Position numbers and translations under genes: made by a program. Positions 40,338-49,905 of a DNA stretch of 64,000 bases are shown in pieces. The stretch's first letter is position 1. Every line of letters starts with the position of its first letter. Source of the DNA: Candidatus Magasanikbacteria bacterium RIFOXYB2_FULL_38_10 (lineage in GTDB: Bacteria; Patescibacteriota; Patescibacteriia; Magasanikbacterales; UBA10003); NCBI GenBank assembly GCA_001783145.1, contig MFQT01000002.1:24941-88940 (forward strand). The letters are read 5' to 3'. Below the pieces are notes generated by a model, which ran no database searches, was not told the origin of the DNA, and saw nothing but the letters and a program-made list of their open reading frames with translations.

Positions 40338-41933
40338 TTAGTCTGCCGGAGTTACCCGCAGAATTTCTGCAATAGTTGTAAGACCTTGCTTCACCTTAGC
40401 CAAACCGGCCTGGCGCAAAGTCATCATGCCCAAACTTTTGGCCTCTTGTCTTAATTCAGCCGGCGAGAGACCACGCAAAAGAGCTTTCTTGAATTCCTCA
40501 GACATAGGCAATACTTCTTGAATTCCAACAAACCCCTTAAAACCAGTATTGCCACAAGTTCGGCAACCCCCACCCTTCTTTAATTTGAGAGTCACTAAGT
40601 CAGTTGATGTAAAACCAACAGAACTAAGACCCTCCATTGGGCTGTCATCATCTTCTCTGCAATCTTTGCAAATCCGACGCGCCAATCTTTGCGCGCAGAT
40701 CAAGGACAAAGAAGACGCCAGAATGAAGGGCGAGAAGTCCATATCAAGCAATCTGCCAACCGCAGAAGAAGCATTCTCGGTCTGGAAGGAAGAAAGAACC
40801 AGCCGCCCGGACAAAGAAGATTTGATTAGAGCTTCAATCGTTTCTCTGTCCCAAGGCGATTCCCCCACCATCATGACATTGGCACCCTGAGATTCCAAGT
40901 GCCGAATGGCTGCTTCAAGGTTGAAGCCAATTCTTGTATTTAGCTGTACCTGATTAATACCGCCAAAATCCTCCAAAATAGGGTCTTCAATCGTAAAGAT
41001 ATTCCGGTTAGGATCATTAAGTTCGGTAAGAAGAGCGTACAAAGTGGTATACCGACCGGAACCAACCGGACCGGTCACCAAAATCAAACCCGAGGATTTT
41101 TTAGCCGCCTGTGTTACTTGTTCAAGCTGAGCTGTTTCAAACCCCAGATTTTCCAAGTGCTTTCGCCCATTAGATCTATCCAGAATGTGCAGTACCACAC
41201 TTTCGCCATGAGCGACAGGCATAGTACTTACATTAAAGTCGACGTTCTTGTCCCTACCCATTACCAGTTGGATGCGGCCTTTTTGGGGCAAAAACCGATC
41301 AGTAATATCAAGATCAGCCATGATCTTGATTCTGGCAACTATGGCATCCTTCAGTTTCTGTGGAGGCCGCATAACTTCAAATAATTGACCTTCTATGCGA
41401 TAACGCACGCGAAAATTACGGGAGTAGGGCTCTATATGGATACTGGAAGCTCCGCGCTTTACCGCATCCACCAGAATCAAATTGACCAATCTGACTATTG
41501 GAACCTCTTGCGAGGATGAATACCCCATTCTTTCTTCTTCCCGATTATCAGGTTCTTCATCAGATGAATCCACGGGAAAACTACTCAAATCAACAGGAGT
41601 TTCTTCTTCAAAAGATTTCCCAAATCCAGAAGCAAGGTGTGGTGCCTCTACAAAACCAACCCTATAATATCTGTCCAAGGCTCGTTCAATTTTATCAGCA
41701 GGAATATTTGCAACTTCAACTTTATAACCAGTCAAAAACTTTATATCTTCAATGGCATCAGTATTACTAGGACCAACCATAGTGATAGTGAGGGTTTTGT
41801 CAACGATGCAAAGCGGCACGAGTTTAAACCGCAAGGCCACTTCTCGTGGTACTAAAGCCAACACATCAGATGGCACTTCATACTCATCTAGGTTGAAACC
41901 GGTAAAGAAATTAACACCAGTAGACTCGACCAT
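40338..41933 (-). CDS. PilB/GspE-family secretion ATPase homolog with degenerate catalytic motifs
   Basis: PilB-type N-terminal region, ASSIHIEP, AQRLARRIC, tetra-Cys Zn site; Walker A GPVGSGRYT, Walker B VGESPWD, His box SSFQTEN. Confidence 0.9.
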   Translation of the reverse strand: MVESTGVNFFTGFNLDEYEVPSDVLALVPREVALRFKLVPLCIVDKTLTITMVGPSNTDAIEDIKFLTGYKVEVANIPADKIERALDRYYRVGFVEAPHLASGFGKSFEEETPVDLSSFPVDSSDEEPDNREEERMGYSSSQEVPIVRLVNLILVDAVKRGASSIHIEPYSRNFRVRYRIEGQLFEVMRPPQKLKDAIVARIKIMADLDITDRFLPQKGRIQLVMGRDKNVDFNVSTMPVAHGESVVLHILDRSNGRKHLENLGFETAQLEQVTQAAKKSSGLILVTGPVGSGRYTTLYALLTELNDPNRNIFTIEDPILEDFGGINQVQLNTRIGFNLEAAIRHLESQGANVMMVGESPWDRETIEALIKSSLSGRLVLSSFQTENASSAVGRLLDMDFSPFILASSLSLICAQRLARRICKDCREDDDSPMEGLSSVGFTSTDLVTLKLKKGGGCRTCGNTGFKGFVGIQEVLPMSEEFKKALLRGLSPAELRQEAKSLGMMTLRQAGLAKVKQGLTTIAEILRVTPAD

Positions 41934-41948
41934 GTTTCTTACCTCTTA

Positions 41949-42038
41949 TTGTAAAGGATCTTATATTTACACCCTACCAATTTATTATCATTTAGTCAAT
42001 GCCCAAACATTGACAAAATCACCTCAAAATGCTAGGGT
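41949..42038. promoter_or_regulatory. Back-to-back sigma70 promoters
   Basis: Minus strand TTGACT-N17-TAGGGT (41999-41971) plus boxA-like GATCCTTTACAA; plus strand TTGACA-N17-TAGGGT (42010-42038). Confidence 0.65.
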
Positions 42039-42080
42039 AAAAATGATGGAAAGCAATTAACAACAAAGGAAGAAAGTACC

Positions 42081-42350
42081 ATGGCTACGCTGAAGGGAAC
42101 ATCTCTAAGCTTTAGTGGCTTAACTTTCGCGCAGATCGGCGAAAAAATCGTCGAGGCGTCTGGTTCTGATGACGGCAAGGATATCCTCCTTACGCTGACA
42201 GAAGGAGAGGAGCAGGGTTTCTGCGCAGTCGTCGGATTGAGAGTCGGCTGGGCCATTGCCACTCTGGTTTCTGATGCTATCGAAAAGAAAACTGGCCACA
42301 AACCCGAAGCATTCCCCTATCGGTACAGCAACCTCGTCTTTGAAACGTAA
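42081..42350 (+). CDS. Small hypothetical protein (89 aa, stand-alone unit)
   Basis: AGGAAG SD-like site, own promoter, GC-richer codons, downstream GCCCGG..CCGGGC-T terminator (42367-42402). Confidence 0.7.
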   Translation: MATLKGTSLSFSGLTFAQIGEKIVEASGSDDGKDILLTLTEGEEQGFCAVVGLRVGWAIATLVSDAIEKKTGHKPEAFPYRYSNLVFET

Positions 42351-42448
42351 CCAAGCTGGTGAAATTGCCCGGTGGTTGCAAAACTATCCGGGCTTTTATT
42401 TTACAAAAAACCCAAATCACCCTATAATCATAGATATTAAACATTACC

Positions 42449-43417
42449 ATGAAATACCATATCACTCCTGAAGAAAAAGGCACCCGTTTGGACAAATTCT
42501 TAGTGGAAAAAATGCCCCACCTTACCCGCACCCAAATACAAAAAGCGGTCAAGGGCGGGCAGGTTTTGGTTAACGATAAAAAACCCACGCCGCATCATTT
42601 TTTAAAAGGCGGCGATATTGTTGACACTGAAGAAATGAAAATTGACACCACATCCTCCGATTCCCAAAAAATTTCTTCAACCGGTAAAACAAAAACCAAA
42701 ACAAAATTTGTCTTTCCCAAATCTTTGGAGCCAAAAATAATTTTTGAAGATGAAAATTTTTTGGTCATTAACAAACCTTCCGGTATTTTAGTGCACGCGC
42801 GCGATGAAAAACTTTTGGATCAAGAACCAACCTTGGTGCACTGGCTAATCAAAAATTTTCCCGCCATTAAAAAAGTGGGCGAAAATTTAATTTTACGCCC
42901 GGGTATTGTGCACCGCCTGGACAAAGAAGCTTCGGGAGTTATGATAGTTGCTAAAACCAATCCGGCTTTTCATTTTCTTAAGGAACAATTCAAAACCCGC
43001 CAGGTAAAAAAAGAGTATCGGGCTTGGGTTTATGGCAAACTTCCCAAAACCTGGGATGTTATTGCTTTCCCTATTGGCCGCTCTCGTGATGAAGGCAAGA
43101 TGGCCGCCCGTCCGGTTTCCACCACTAAAGAAAAAATTCAGCCGGGCAAAGAGGCTGTTACAGAATATGAAGTCTTGCAAGAGTTTCCTCACAAAAGTTT
43201 AGTTAAAATAATGCCCAAAACCGGCCGCACCCATCAAATTCGTGTGCATTTTTACGCTCTACACCATCCTCTTTTGGGTGACCCTTTATATGAATCTAAA
43301 AGTTACAAAAAAATCCCTACCGAACGCTTAATGTTGCATGCTCATAAACTTACTTTAAAAAATTTAGCAGGCGAGGAGCAAACTTTTACCGCTCCCTTAC
43401 CTAAAGAATTTATATGA
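42449..43417 (+). CDS. rluD: RluA/RluD-family pseudouridine synthase
   Basis: S4 domain, NKPSG, HRLDKEASG, TGRTHQIRVH. Confidence 0.92.
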   Translation: MKYHITPEEKGTRLDKFLVEKMPHLTRTQIQKAVKGGQVLVNDKKPTPHHFLKGGDIVDTEEMKIDTTSSDSQKISSTGKTKTKTKFVFPKSLEPKIIFEDENFLVINKPSGILVHARDEKLLDQEPTLVHWLIKNFPAIKKVGENLILRPGIVHRLDKEASGVMIVAKTNPAFHFLKEQFKTRQVKKEYRAWVYGKLPKTWDVIAFPIGRSRDEGKMAARPVSTTKEKIQPGKEAVTEYEVLQEFPHKSLVKIMPKTGRTHQIRVHFYALHHPLLGDPLYESKSYKKIPTERLMLHAHKLTLKNLAGEEQTFTAPLPKEFI

Positions 43418-43959
43418 TCATCACAATTTCCGGAATCCCTGGTTCAGGCAAAAGCACCATTGGCAAAATCCTGGCCCAAAAATTAGGTTATAAATATCTT
43501 TCCATGGGCGATTTGCGCGGTGAGATTGCCTTAAAACATAATCTAACTATTGATGAACTCAACAAAATTGGCGAAACAGAAAGTTGGACAGACAAAGAAA
43601 CCGATGAATATCAAAAAAAATTAGGCGCCACTTCTGACAATTTAATAGTAGAAGGACGCCTGGGTTTTCATTTTATCCCCCATTCTTTTAAGATTTTTTT
43701 AAATGTAGGCACTAAAGAGGCGGCCCAACGTGCCTGGCAAAGCAGGGACAGCCGTCCGGACGAAAAAAGGCCAAAAAATTTGGCCGAGGCGGAAGACAAC
43801 CTGCTTTTAAGGCTGGCTAGCGATAAAAAACGCTATCTAAAATATTACCAAATAGATTATACTGAACCAACCAATTTTGACTTATTTTTAGATACCACCA
43901 ATTTACCCATTCCGGAGGTGGTTAAGATAATTCTTGACAAAATTCAGGCTTTAAGGTAG
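43414..43959 (+). CDS. cmk: Cytidylate kinase (archaeal-type family)
   Basis: ITISGIPGSGKST, EGRL, RYLKYY; ATGA overlap with rluD. Confidence 0.85.
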   Translation: MIITISGIPGSGKSTIGKILAQKLGYKYLSMGDLRGEIALKHNLTIDELNKIGETESWTDKETDEYQKKLGATSDNLIVEGRLGFHFIPHSFKIFLNVGTKEAAQRAWQSRDSRPDEKRPKNLAEAEDNLLLRLASDKKRYLKYYQIDYTEPTNFDLFLDTTNLPIPEVVKIILDKIQALR

Positions 43960-43993
43960 AATTTAACTACTAAATTAAAGACGAATAATATTT

Positions 43994-44350
43994 ATGGCAA
44001 CTAACATTAAACAGACAGAGAATTTGTCCGAAGTAATTAAAAAATTAAGACCGGGCCAAACTGTCAAAGTCTACCACAAAATTAAAGAAGTTAACTCCAA
44101 AGGCGAGCTAAAAGAGCGCTTACAAATGTTTGAAGGAACAATTCTTCTTCACAAACACGGGCAAGAACCGGGCGCCACCATTACAATTAGAAAAATTTCC
44201 GAAGGCGTGGGGGTAGAAAAGATTTTTCCTATCCATTCTCCCATTATTTCCAAAATTGAAATAATTAAAGAAATTAAATCCAGACGCGCCAAAATGTACT
44301 TCTTGCGCAAACCTCACAAAAAATTAAGAGAAAAGAAAAAGGTTAAATAA
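43994..44350 (+). CDS. rplS: 50S ribosomal protein L19
   Basis: RLQMFEG, TIRKISEGVGVEKIFPIHSP, RRAKMYFLR. Confidence 0.96.
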   Translation: MATNIKQTENLSEVIKKLRPGQTVKVYHKIKEVNSKGELKERLQMFEGTILLHKHGQEPGATITIRKISEGVGVEKIFPIHSPIISKIEIIKEIKSRRAKMYFLRKPHKKLREKKKVK

Positions 44351-44365
44351 ATTCTGTTTATTTTC

Positions 44366-44392
44366 AAAACCCCGCCCAAAGGCGGGGTTTTT
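44366..44392. terminator. Bidirectional terminator between rplS and uvrA
   Basis: AAAACCCCGCC-CAAA-GGCGGGGTTTT. Confidence 0.85.
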
Positions 44393-44419
44393 GTTTTTGC
44401 CGATAGACGAACTAAAATT

Positions 44420-47260
44420 TTATTCATTTTTCTTTAAATACTGCCCGGTATAACTTTTCTTTATTTTCATCACATCCTTAGGTACGCCTTCGGCTACAAT
44501 TTCTCCGCCACGACGACCGCCTTCCGGCCCCAAATCTATCACCCAGTCCGAATTATTAATCACATCTAAATTGTGTTCAATAATCAAAACTGTATTACCT
44601 TTATCTACTAATTGATTTAAAACATTTAATAATTGCTTAATGTCTTCAAAATGCAATCCGGTGGTAGGCTCATCTAAAATGTAAAAAGTTTTTCCGGTGG
44701 CGCGGCGCGATAATTCCGTAGCCAATTTTACGCGCTGTGCCTCACCGCCAGACAATTTAGTGGCCGGCTGACCCAATTGCAAATAGCCCAAACCCACATC
44801 AACTAAAATTTGTAATTTGTCGGCAATGGCCGGAATGTTTCTGAAAAATTGACGAGCTTCTAAAACCGGCATATTCAAAACATCAACAATATTTTTACCT
44901 TGATAATGAATTTCCAGCACATCAGCAGTGTAGCGTTTACCTTGGCACTCGGGACAAAGCACAAAAACATCGGTTAAAAATTGCATAGGAATTCTCACAT
45001 AACCTTCTCCGGCGCAAGCCTCGCAGCGACCGCCTCCCTTAACATTAAAACTAAATTTGCCCGCATCATAACCGCGCATCTTAGCCTCGGGAATTTCCGT
45101 AAATAAATCACGAATAAAAGTAAAAACATTGGTATAAGTGGCCGGGTTGCTTCTGGGAGTCCTGCCAATAGGCGACTGATCAATCATAATTACTTTATCA
45201 ATATTGTCTAAACCTGTAATAGTTTTATGAGGTGCCGGCAAATCTTTGGAACGATAAAAATGAGCCGACAAAGCCTTGCCTAAAGTTTCTATTACCAAAG
45301 TAGATTTTCCAGAACCGGAAACGCCGGTGACACAAACCAATTTACCTAAGGGAATTTTAGCATCAACATTTTTAAGATTAAAGCCTTTAGCCTTTTGAAT
45401 AGTGATAAATTTACCACTGCCTTTGCGCGCGGAAGCCGCATGAGCAATTTGCACTCGGCCGGAAAGGTAGGCGCCGGTTAAAGATTTTTTATCTTTTTTA
45501 ATTTGCATTGGTGTGCCCTCGGCTACAATTTGTCCGCCGTAAGCACCTGCTCCCGGTCCCACATCTATCACATAATCAGCCTTTTCCATCATAGTGGCGT
45601 CATGCTCCACCACAATTACGGAATTGCCCAAATCGCGCAGAGCTTCCAAAGTAGCGATTAATTTTTCTAAATCCCTAGGATGAAGACCAATAGAGGGCTC
45701 ATCTAAAATATAAATTACACCGGTGAGCCCAGTGGCTAATTGAGTAGATAAACGCACACGCTGTCCTTCACCGCCAGATAAAGAAACCATGGACCTATCC
45801 AGAGTAATATAATCCAAACCAACCTTAATTAAATCATCCAGGCGTTTGCTCATTTCTTTTAAAACCGGAATAACAATTTGCGGCTCAACGGGGTTGCGAT
45901 CAATTTTAAGTTTGCCCTTGTCACCAATGGTCTTTTCCAATTCGCCAAAAAATATTTGCACGTCTCCCAAGGGCAAAGAAGTAATCTCGCTAATATTTTT
46001 GCCAAACAATTTTACAGCCAAAGATTCTTCTTTAAGCCTACGGCCTAAACACAAAGAACATTTTTTCTCCCGCATATATTCTTCTATTTCTTTTCTCACG
46101 TAATCAGAATCGGTTTCGCGATGACGACGTTCCAAATCATTTACTACGCCCTCAAATTCCACTTCTTTATTTTCTATTTTGTATTTTTCTTTGCCCGTGC
46201 CTTCTAAAATTAAATTGACAAATTTTTTATTCAATTCCCCCACTGGTTTATCCATGGAAAAATCCTGTTTATCCGCCACCGCTTTTAATAATTTTAAATA
46301 CCAATTTTGATTGCCGGTAATACGCACCCAAGGCTTAATGGCGCCTTCGGCCAAAGTTAAGCGCGGATTAGGAATAATCAATTCCGGATCGGCTTCTAAG
46401 GTAATACCCAGTCCCGTACACTTAGGGCAGGCTCCCTGCGGACTGTTAAAAGAAAAATGATTGGGCTCCAAATCCGAAAAACGACGGCCGCAATTAGGAC
46501 AGCGCCAATGGGTTGATAATAATTCTTCATCTTTAGAATTTTTGCTCCAAGCAATGATAATTAAACCATTGCCCAATTCCAATGCCAATTCCACCAAACG
46601 CATAATATCATAAGAGTTGACTAAATTTACTTCTCCCAAAATAACATCCAAATTGCTGATAGTTTGTTCCTTAACTTGAAACAAAAAATCTTCAGCGGTA
46701 AAATATTTTCCTTTAAAACGCAAATTTTTAATTTCTTTGGCTTCAATCAAGGAATGTACTTCTTGGAGATTCTTTTTTTCCATTCGGGCAAAAGGCGCCA
46801 TTATTTTAATGGTTCTTTCGTCATTGACTAATTGCCTGATTTTTTCCACAATTTGTCCCGGGGAATTTTTTTGCGCCTCTAAACTGCAATCAGGACAAAT
46901 CACCACGCCCACTCTGGCAAAAAGCAAACGCAGGTGATCATAAATTTCCGTCACCGTTCCCACGGTGGAACGAGGATTCTGCGTGGTGGAGCGCTGGTCT
47001 ATGGCAATAGTGGGAGACAAGCCTTTTATTTCGTCAACGTCGGGCTTATCCTGCATTTCCATAAATTGGCGGGCATAAGCGGAAAGTGATTCGGCATAAC
47101 GACGTTGACCTTCGGCATAGATGGTATCAAAAGCCAAAGAAGATTTGCCCGAACCGGATAAGCCGGTGATTACCACCAGTTTATTTTTAGGAATTTCCAA
47201 ATTGACATTTTTTAAATTATTGACTCGCGCGCCGCGAATGATCAATTTTTCTGAAGGCAT
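44420..47260 (-). CDS. uvrA: Excinuclease ABC subunit A
   Basis: Two ABC domains ([21 protein letters not shown] x2) and zinc fingers. Confidence 0.98.
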   Translation of the reverse strand: MPSEKLIIRGARVNNLKNVNLEIPKNKLVVITGLSGSGKSSLAFDTIYAEGQRRYAESLSAYARQFMEMQDKPDVDEIKGLSPTIAIDQRSTTQNPRSTVGTVTEIYDHLRLLFARVGVVICPDCSLEAQKNSPGQIVEKIRQLVNDERTIKIMAPFARMEKKNLQEVHSLIEAKEIKNLRFKGKYFTAEDFLFQVKEQTISNLDVILGEVNLVNSYDIMRLVELALELGNGLIIIAWSKNSKDEELLSTHWRCPNCGRRFSDLEPNHFSFNSPQGACPKCTGLGITLEADPELIIPNPRLTLAEGAIKPWVRITGNQNWYLKLLKAVADKQDFSMDKPVGELNKKFVNLILEGTGKEKYKIENKEVEFEGVVNDLERRHRETDSDYVRKEIEEYMREKKCSLCLGRRLKEESLAVKLFGKNISEITSLPLGDVQIFFGELEKTIGDKGKLKIDRNPVEPQIVIPVLKEMSKRLDDLIKVGLDYITLDRSMVSLSGGEGQRVRLSTQLATGLTGVIYILDEPSIGLHPRDLEKLIATLEALRDLGNSVIVVEHDATMMEKADYVIDVGPGAGAYGGQIVAEGTPMQIKKDKKSLTGAYLSGRVQIAHAASARKGSGKFITIQKAKGFNLKNVDAKIPLGKLVCVTGVSGSGKSTLVIETLGKALSAHFYRSKDLPAPHKTITGLDNIDKVIMIDQSPIGRTPRSNPATYTNVFTFIRDLFTEIPEAKMRGYDAGKFSFNVKGGGRCEACAGEGYVRIPMQFLTDVFVLCPECQGKRYTADVLEIHYQGKNIVDVLNMPVLEARQFFRNIPAIADKLQILVDVGLGYLQLGQPATKLSGGEAQRVKLATELSRRATGKTFYILDEPTTGLHFEDIKQLLNVLNQLVDKGNTVLIIEHNLDVINNSDWVIDLGPEGGRRGGEIVAEGVPKDVMKIKKSYTGQYLKKNE

Positions 47261-47275
47261 ACACTTTAAAAGTAA

Positions 47276-48694
47276 TTACTTATTGATAAAACAACGAGTT
47301 GGATCAATTGGAAGACATAACCCCGCGTCGCTATTGTCTAAGGATGGAAATTCAGATCTTGTTAAATTAATATTACAATTAAATCCATCCTCCAAATTTT
47401 TAAGGCTAAAAAGATTTTCTTTGGGAACCAGCACTGAATTTCTTGGCGAAGAAGAATCTTTTTGATAGGACAAAGCTTTACATGACCAATATTCAAAACT
47501 ATCCGAAGGCAATAATAATTTACTTAAATTAACATTACATAAACCATTTTGTTGACCTAGGGCAAACCAATCGTCACAGCCACCTGCCGCGCCTCCCTCA
47601 TCATTTACTTCAACTCCTAAATAAAAACCCAAAACACCGCCGCTACCGCAAGTGGAATTTATTTGATTTTCCAACCGACTTTTAGTTACATTAAATTTAT
47701 ATTTTTGGGAATTGGCACCAAGATTCTCGGCGGCAATTGATTGCACGAAAAACGTATCACCGTTATTTTTACAAATACCAATTAACTCAATTTTATTATC
47801 AATATAAGGAAATGGGACATCGGTAGAAGATATTACTCCCGATAAATTTCCCTCTTGGCAAAAATAGCTATTTTCACTTTGCTTCACGCAAACCTTGGGA
47901 ACAGCAGAATTAAAATCATTGCAAGCGTGTCCCCAGCAAGTTTTATTATCGGAATTTTCCCAAAAAAACTCATGACCGCAACGCGGGCCTTGCAAAAAAC
48001 CGCTTAAAGCGGGACTGCTGGAAAAAAGGTTAGTCTGGGCATCATATTTGTAATCCCCTTCTGGAACTTCCAGAGAGCTCTTAAAACTTCCCGCAAAAGC
48101 AACCATGGTTTTTAAAGGTAAATCTTTGCAAAATTCCACAGCAAGCGCGGCAGGCCTGACCATGTAAGTTTTTGGCAGACGCAACCTAACCAAATCCGGA
48201 TTGATCGTATAAAGCAAAGTATAAGCTCCGAGAAGCAAAAGCAAACCAAAAATAGCACTGCTGATTCTAGTTTTGGCGGCCGTCACTTTTTCCGCAGAAC
48301 CGGCCGAGGTTAAATAAATAAAACCACCAATAATAATTAAAATTACGGCAATCAAGCCGCCTACGCTAAGTGCAAAAAGATATATGGTTTTTAAATAATC
48401 ACCCAAATCAGAAAATTTAATCTTACCGCCTATGGTAATTTCCGCATCGGTTTGGCCGGCTGGAATGCAATAACCTGCATTGGGGCCGCAAACATTATCC
48501 AAACCCCCCACTAGAAAATTATCAGCGGAAAACTTCCATTTATTTTCTTCAATCATGGCTTTGCAACTGCTATAAGTCCAGCACAAAGGATTAGCAACCG
48601 ATCCAGACTCGCCGGTTCCCTGCGCCAAAACTGTCGGACTGAAAAAAAATAAACCCAAAACAATCGCTACCCGGAAAATTTTTTTGGATTTCAT
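47276..48694 (-). CDS. Pilin-like (TrbC/VirB2-type hairpin) protein with Cys-rich extracellular domain
   Basis: Signal peptide; [42 protein letters not shown]; many Cys. Confidence 0.75.
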   Translation of the reverse strand: MKSKKIFRVAIVLGLFFFSPTVLAQGTGESGSVANPLCWTYSSCKAMIEENKWKFSADNFLVGGLDNVCGPNAGYCIPAGQTDAEITIGGKIKFSDLGDYLKTIYLFALSVGGLIAVILIIIGGFIYLTSAGSAEKVTAAKTRISSAIFGLLLLLGAYTLLYTINPDLVRLRLPKTYMVRPAALAVEFCKDLPLKTMVAFAGSFKSSLEVPEGDYKYDAQTNLFSSSPALSGFLQGPRCGHEFFWENSDNKTCWGHACNDFNSAVPKVCVKQSENSYFCQEGNLSGVISSTDVPFPYIDNKIELIGICKNNGDTFFVQSIAAENLGANSQKYKFNVTKSRLENQINSTCGSGGVLGFYLGVEVNDEGGAAGGCDDWFALGQQNGLCNVNLSKLLLPSDSFEYWSCKALSYQKDSSSPRNSVLVPKENLFSLKNLEDGFNCNINLTRSEFPSLDNSDAGLCLPIDPTRCFINK

Positions 48695-48724
48695 AAGTTA
48701 TTTTTAAAATCAAATATTTTTAAG

Positions 48725-48880
48725 TATTTTTTTCCAGCAAATTCATAAAGAAAACCTTCGCACAGGGTGAGCGGGCAGGGTGTCCGCCGATAGGCGGACG
48801 AGCGAGACCGAGCGAGAGCGCAAATTTCCCGCTGGGAAATTTGATAGCGTGTTTTCTGGTGAATTTGCTGGGGAAAAATA
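48725..48880. repeat. MITE/REP-like structured intergenic element
   Basis: ~30-bp imperfect terminal inverted repeats (CCAGCAAATTCA..AGAAAAC / GTTTTCT..TGAATTTGCTGG); internal hairpins GTCCGCC-GATA-GGCGGAC and CAAATTTCCC-GCT-GGGAAATTTG. Confidence 0.6.
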
Positions 48881-48883
48881 AAC

Positions 48884-49591
48884 CTACTTAATCAATTTCT
48901 CCCATTCTATTAAAGGAATGGCTCCTTCCACCTTTTGCCCATTCACAAAAAAAGTAGGTGTACCACTAATTCCTAAAGAATAGCCGTCAAACCAATCCAT
49001 TCCCACCTTTTGTTCTGCTAAGGCGCTTTCCAGGCATTTAGTAAATGATGGCACATCCAGACCAATTTGTCCAGCATAGCTCTTTAAATCTTCTAAAGTA
49101 AAGTTTTTTTGATTTAAAAAAAGCTTATCGTGATAAGCCCAAAATTTATTTTGCTTGCCGGCACAAAAAGCCGCCTCGGAAGCTTCTAATCCCCCTTTAT
49201 GAGCTTCATCTTGCAAAGGAAAATGCCTAAAAGTAAAACTCACTTGCTTGGGATATTTAGTTAAAAGCTCCCTCATAACGGAAAAAGCTTGCTTGGAAAA
49301 GGGACAGGTAAAATCGGCAAATTCCACAATTTGCAAGGTAGCGGACAAAGAACCCAGGGTTGGAGCCTCGTCATTTTTTATTTTAGTTGAGTCAAATTTT
49401 TGACTAGCCTCATTTTTATTAGGCAAATTAATTTCACTGAAATCGCCGGAGCTTAAATCTACAACTTCTCCTCTTTTAACCTTAATATAAAACTGGGTCG
49501 TAAGATAAATAAAATAAAGCAAGAATAAAGTTAAAAAAGACCCTAAGGCAATTAAAAAAAATTTTTTCATATGCTTCCAACTATTATACAC
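48884..49591 (-). CDS. DsbA/thioredoxin-fold protein with CxxS active site
   Basis: EFADFTCPFS, RHFPL, GTPTFFVNG; N-terminal TM. Confidence 0.88.
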   Translation of the reverse strand: MYNSWKHMKKFFLIALGSFLTLFLLYFIYLTTQFYIKVKRGEVVDLSSGDFSEINLPNKNEASQKFDSTKIKNDEAPTLGSLSATLQIVEFADFTCPFSKQAFSVMRELLTKYPKQVSFTFRHFPLQDEAHKGGLEASEAAFCAGKQNKFWAYHDKLFLNQKNFTLEDLKSYAGQIGLDVPSFTKCLESALAEQKVGMDWFDGYSLGISGTPTFFVNGQKVEGAIPLIEWEKLIK

Positions 49592-49654
49592 TTTTTTAAT
49601 CTGTCAAGCAAGATGATTGACAGCCAAGCTCTACCTTGATATACTTTAAGACAT

Positions 49655-49876
49655 ATGAATCAATACCTTAATATAATACAAATCATCACAGCCGTTCTTT
49701 TAACAGCGGCTATTTTGCTTCAAGCCAAGGGCACGGGGCTTTCCGGAGTCTTTGGCGGCGAAGGCAACATCTTCAGAACCAAACGCGGCATGGAAAAAAT
49801 ACTTTTCTACGCTACTGTTGTCTTGGCAATTTTATTTTTTGCTACCGCGCTTGCCAATGTCTATTTCTCTAAGTAA
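49655..49876 (+). CDS. secG: Preprotein translocase subunit SecG
   Basis: ILLQAKGTGLSGVFGG, RTKRGMEK. Confidence 0.93.
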   Translation: MNQYLNIIQIITAVLLTAAILLQAKGTGLSGVFGGEGNIFRTKRGMEKILFYATVVLAILFFATALANVYFSK

Positions 49877-49905
49877 CAAAAAGCGGAACTATTAAATCTG
49901 CTCAT

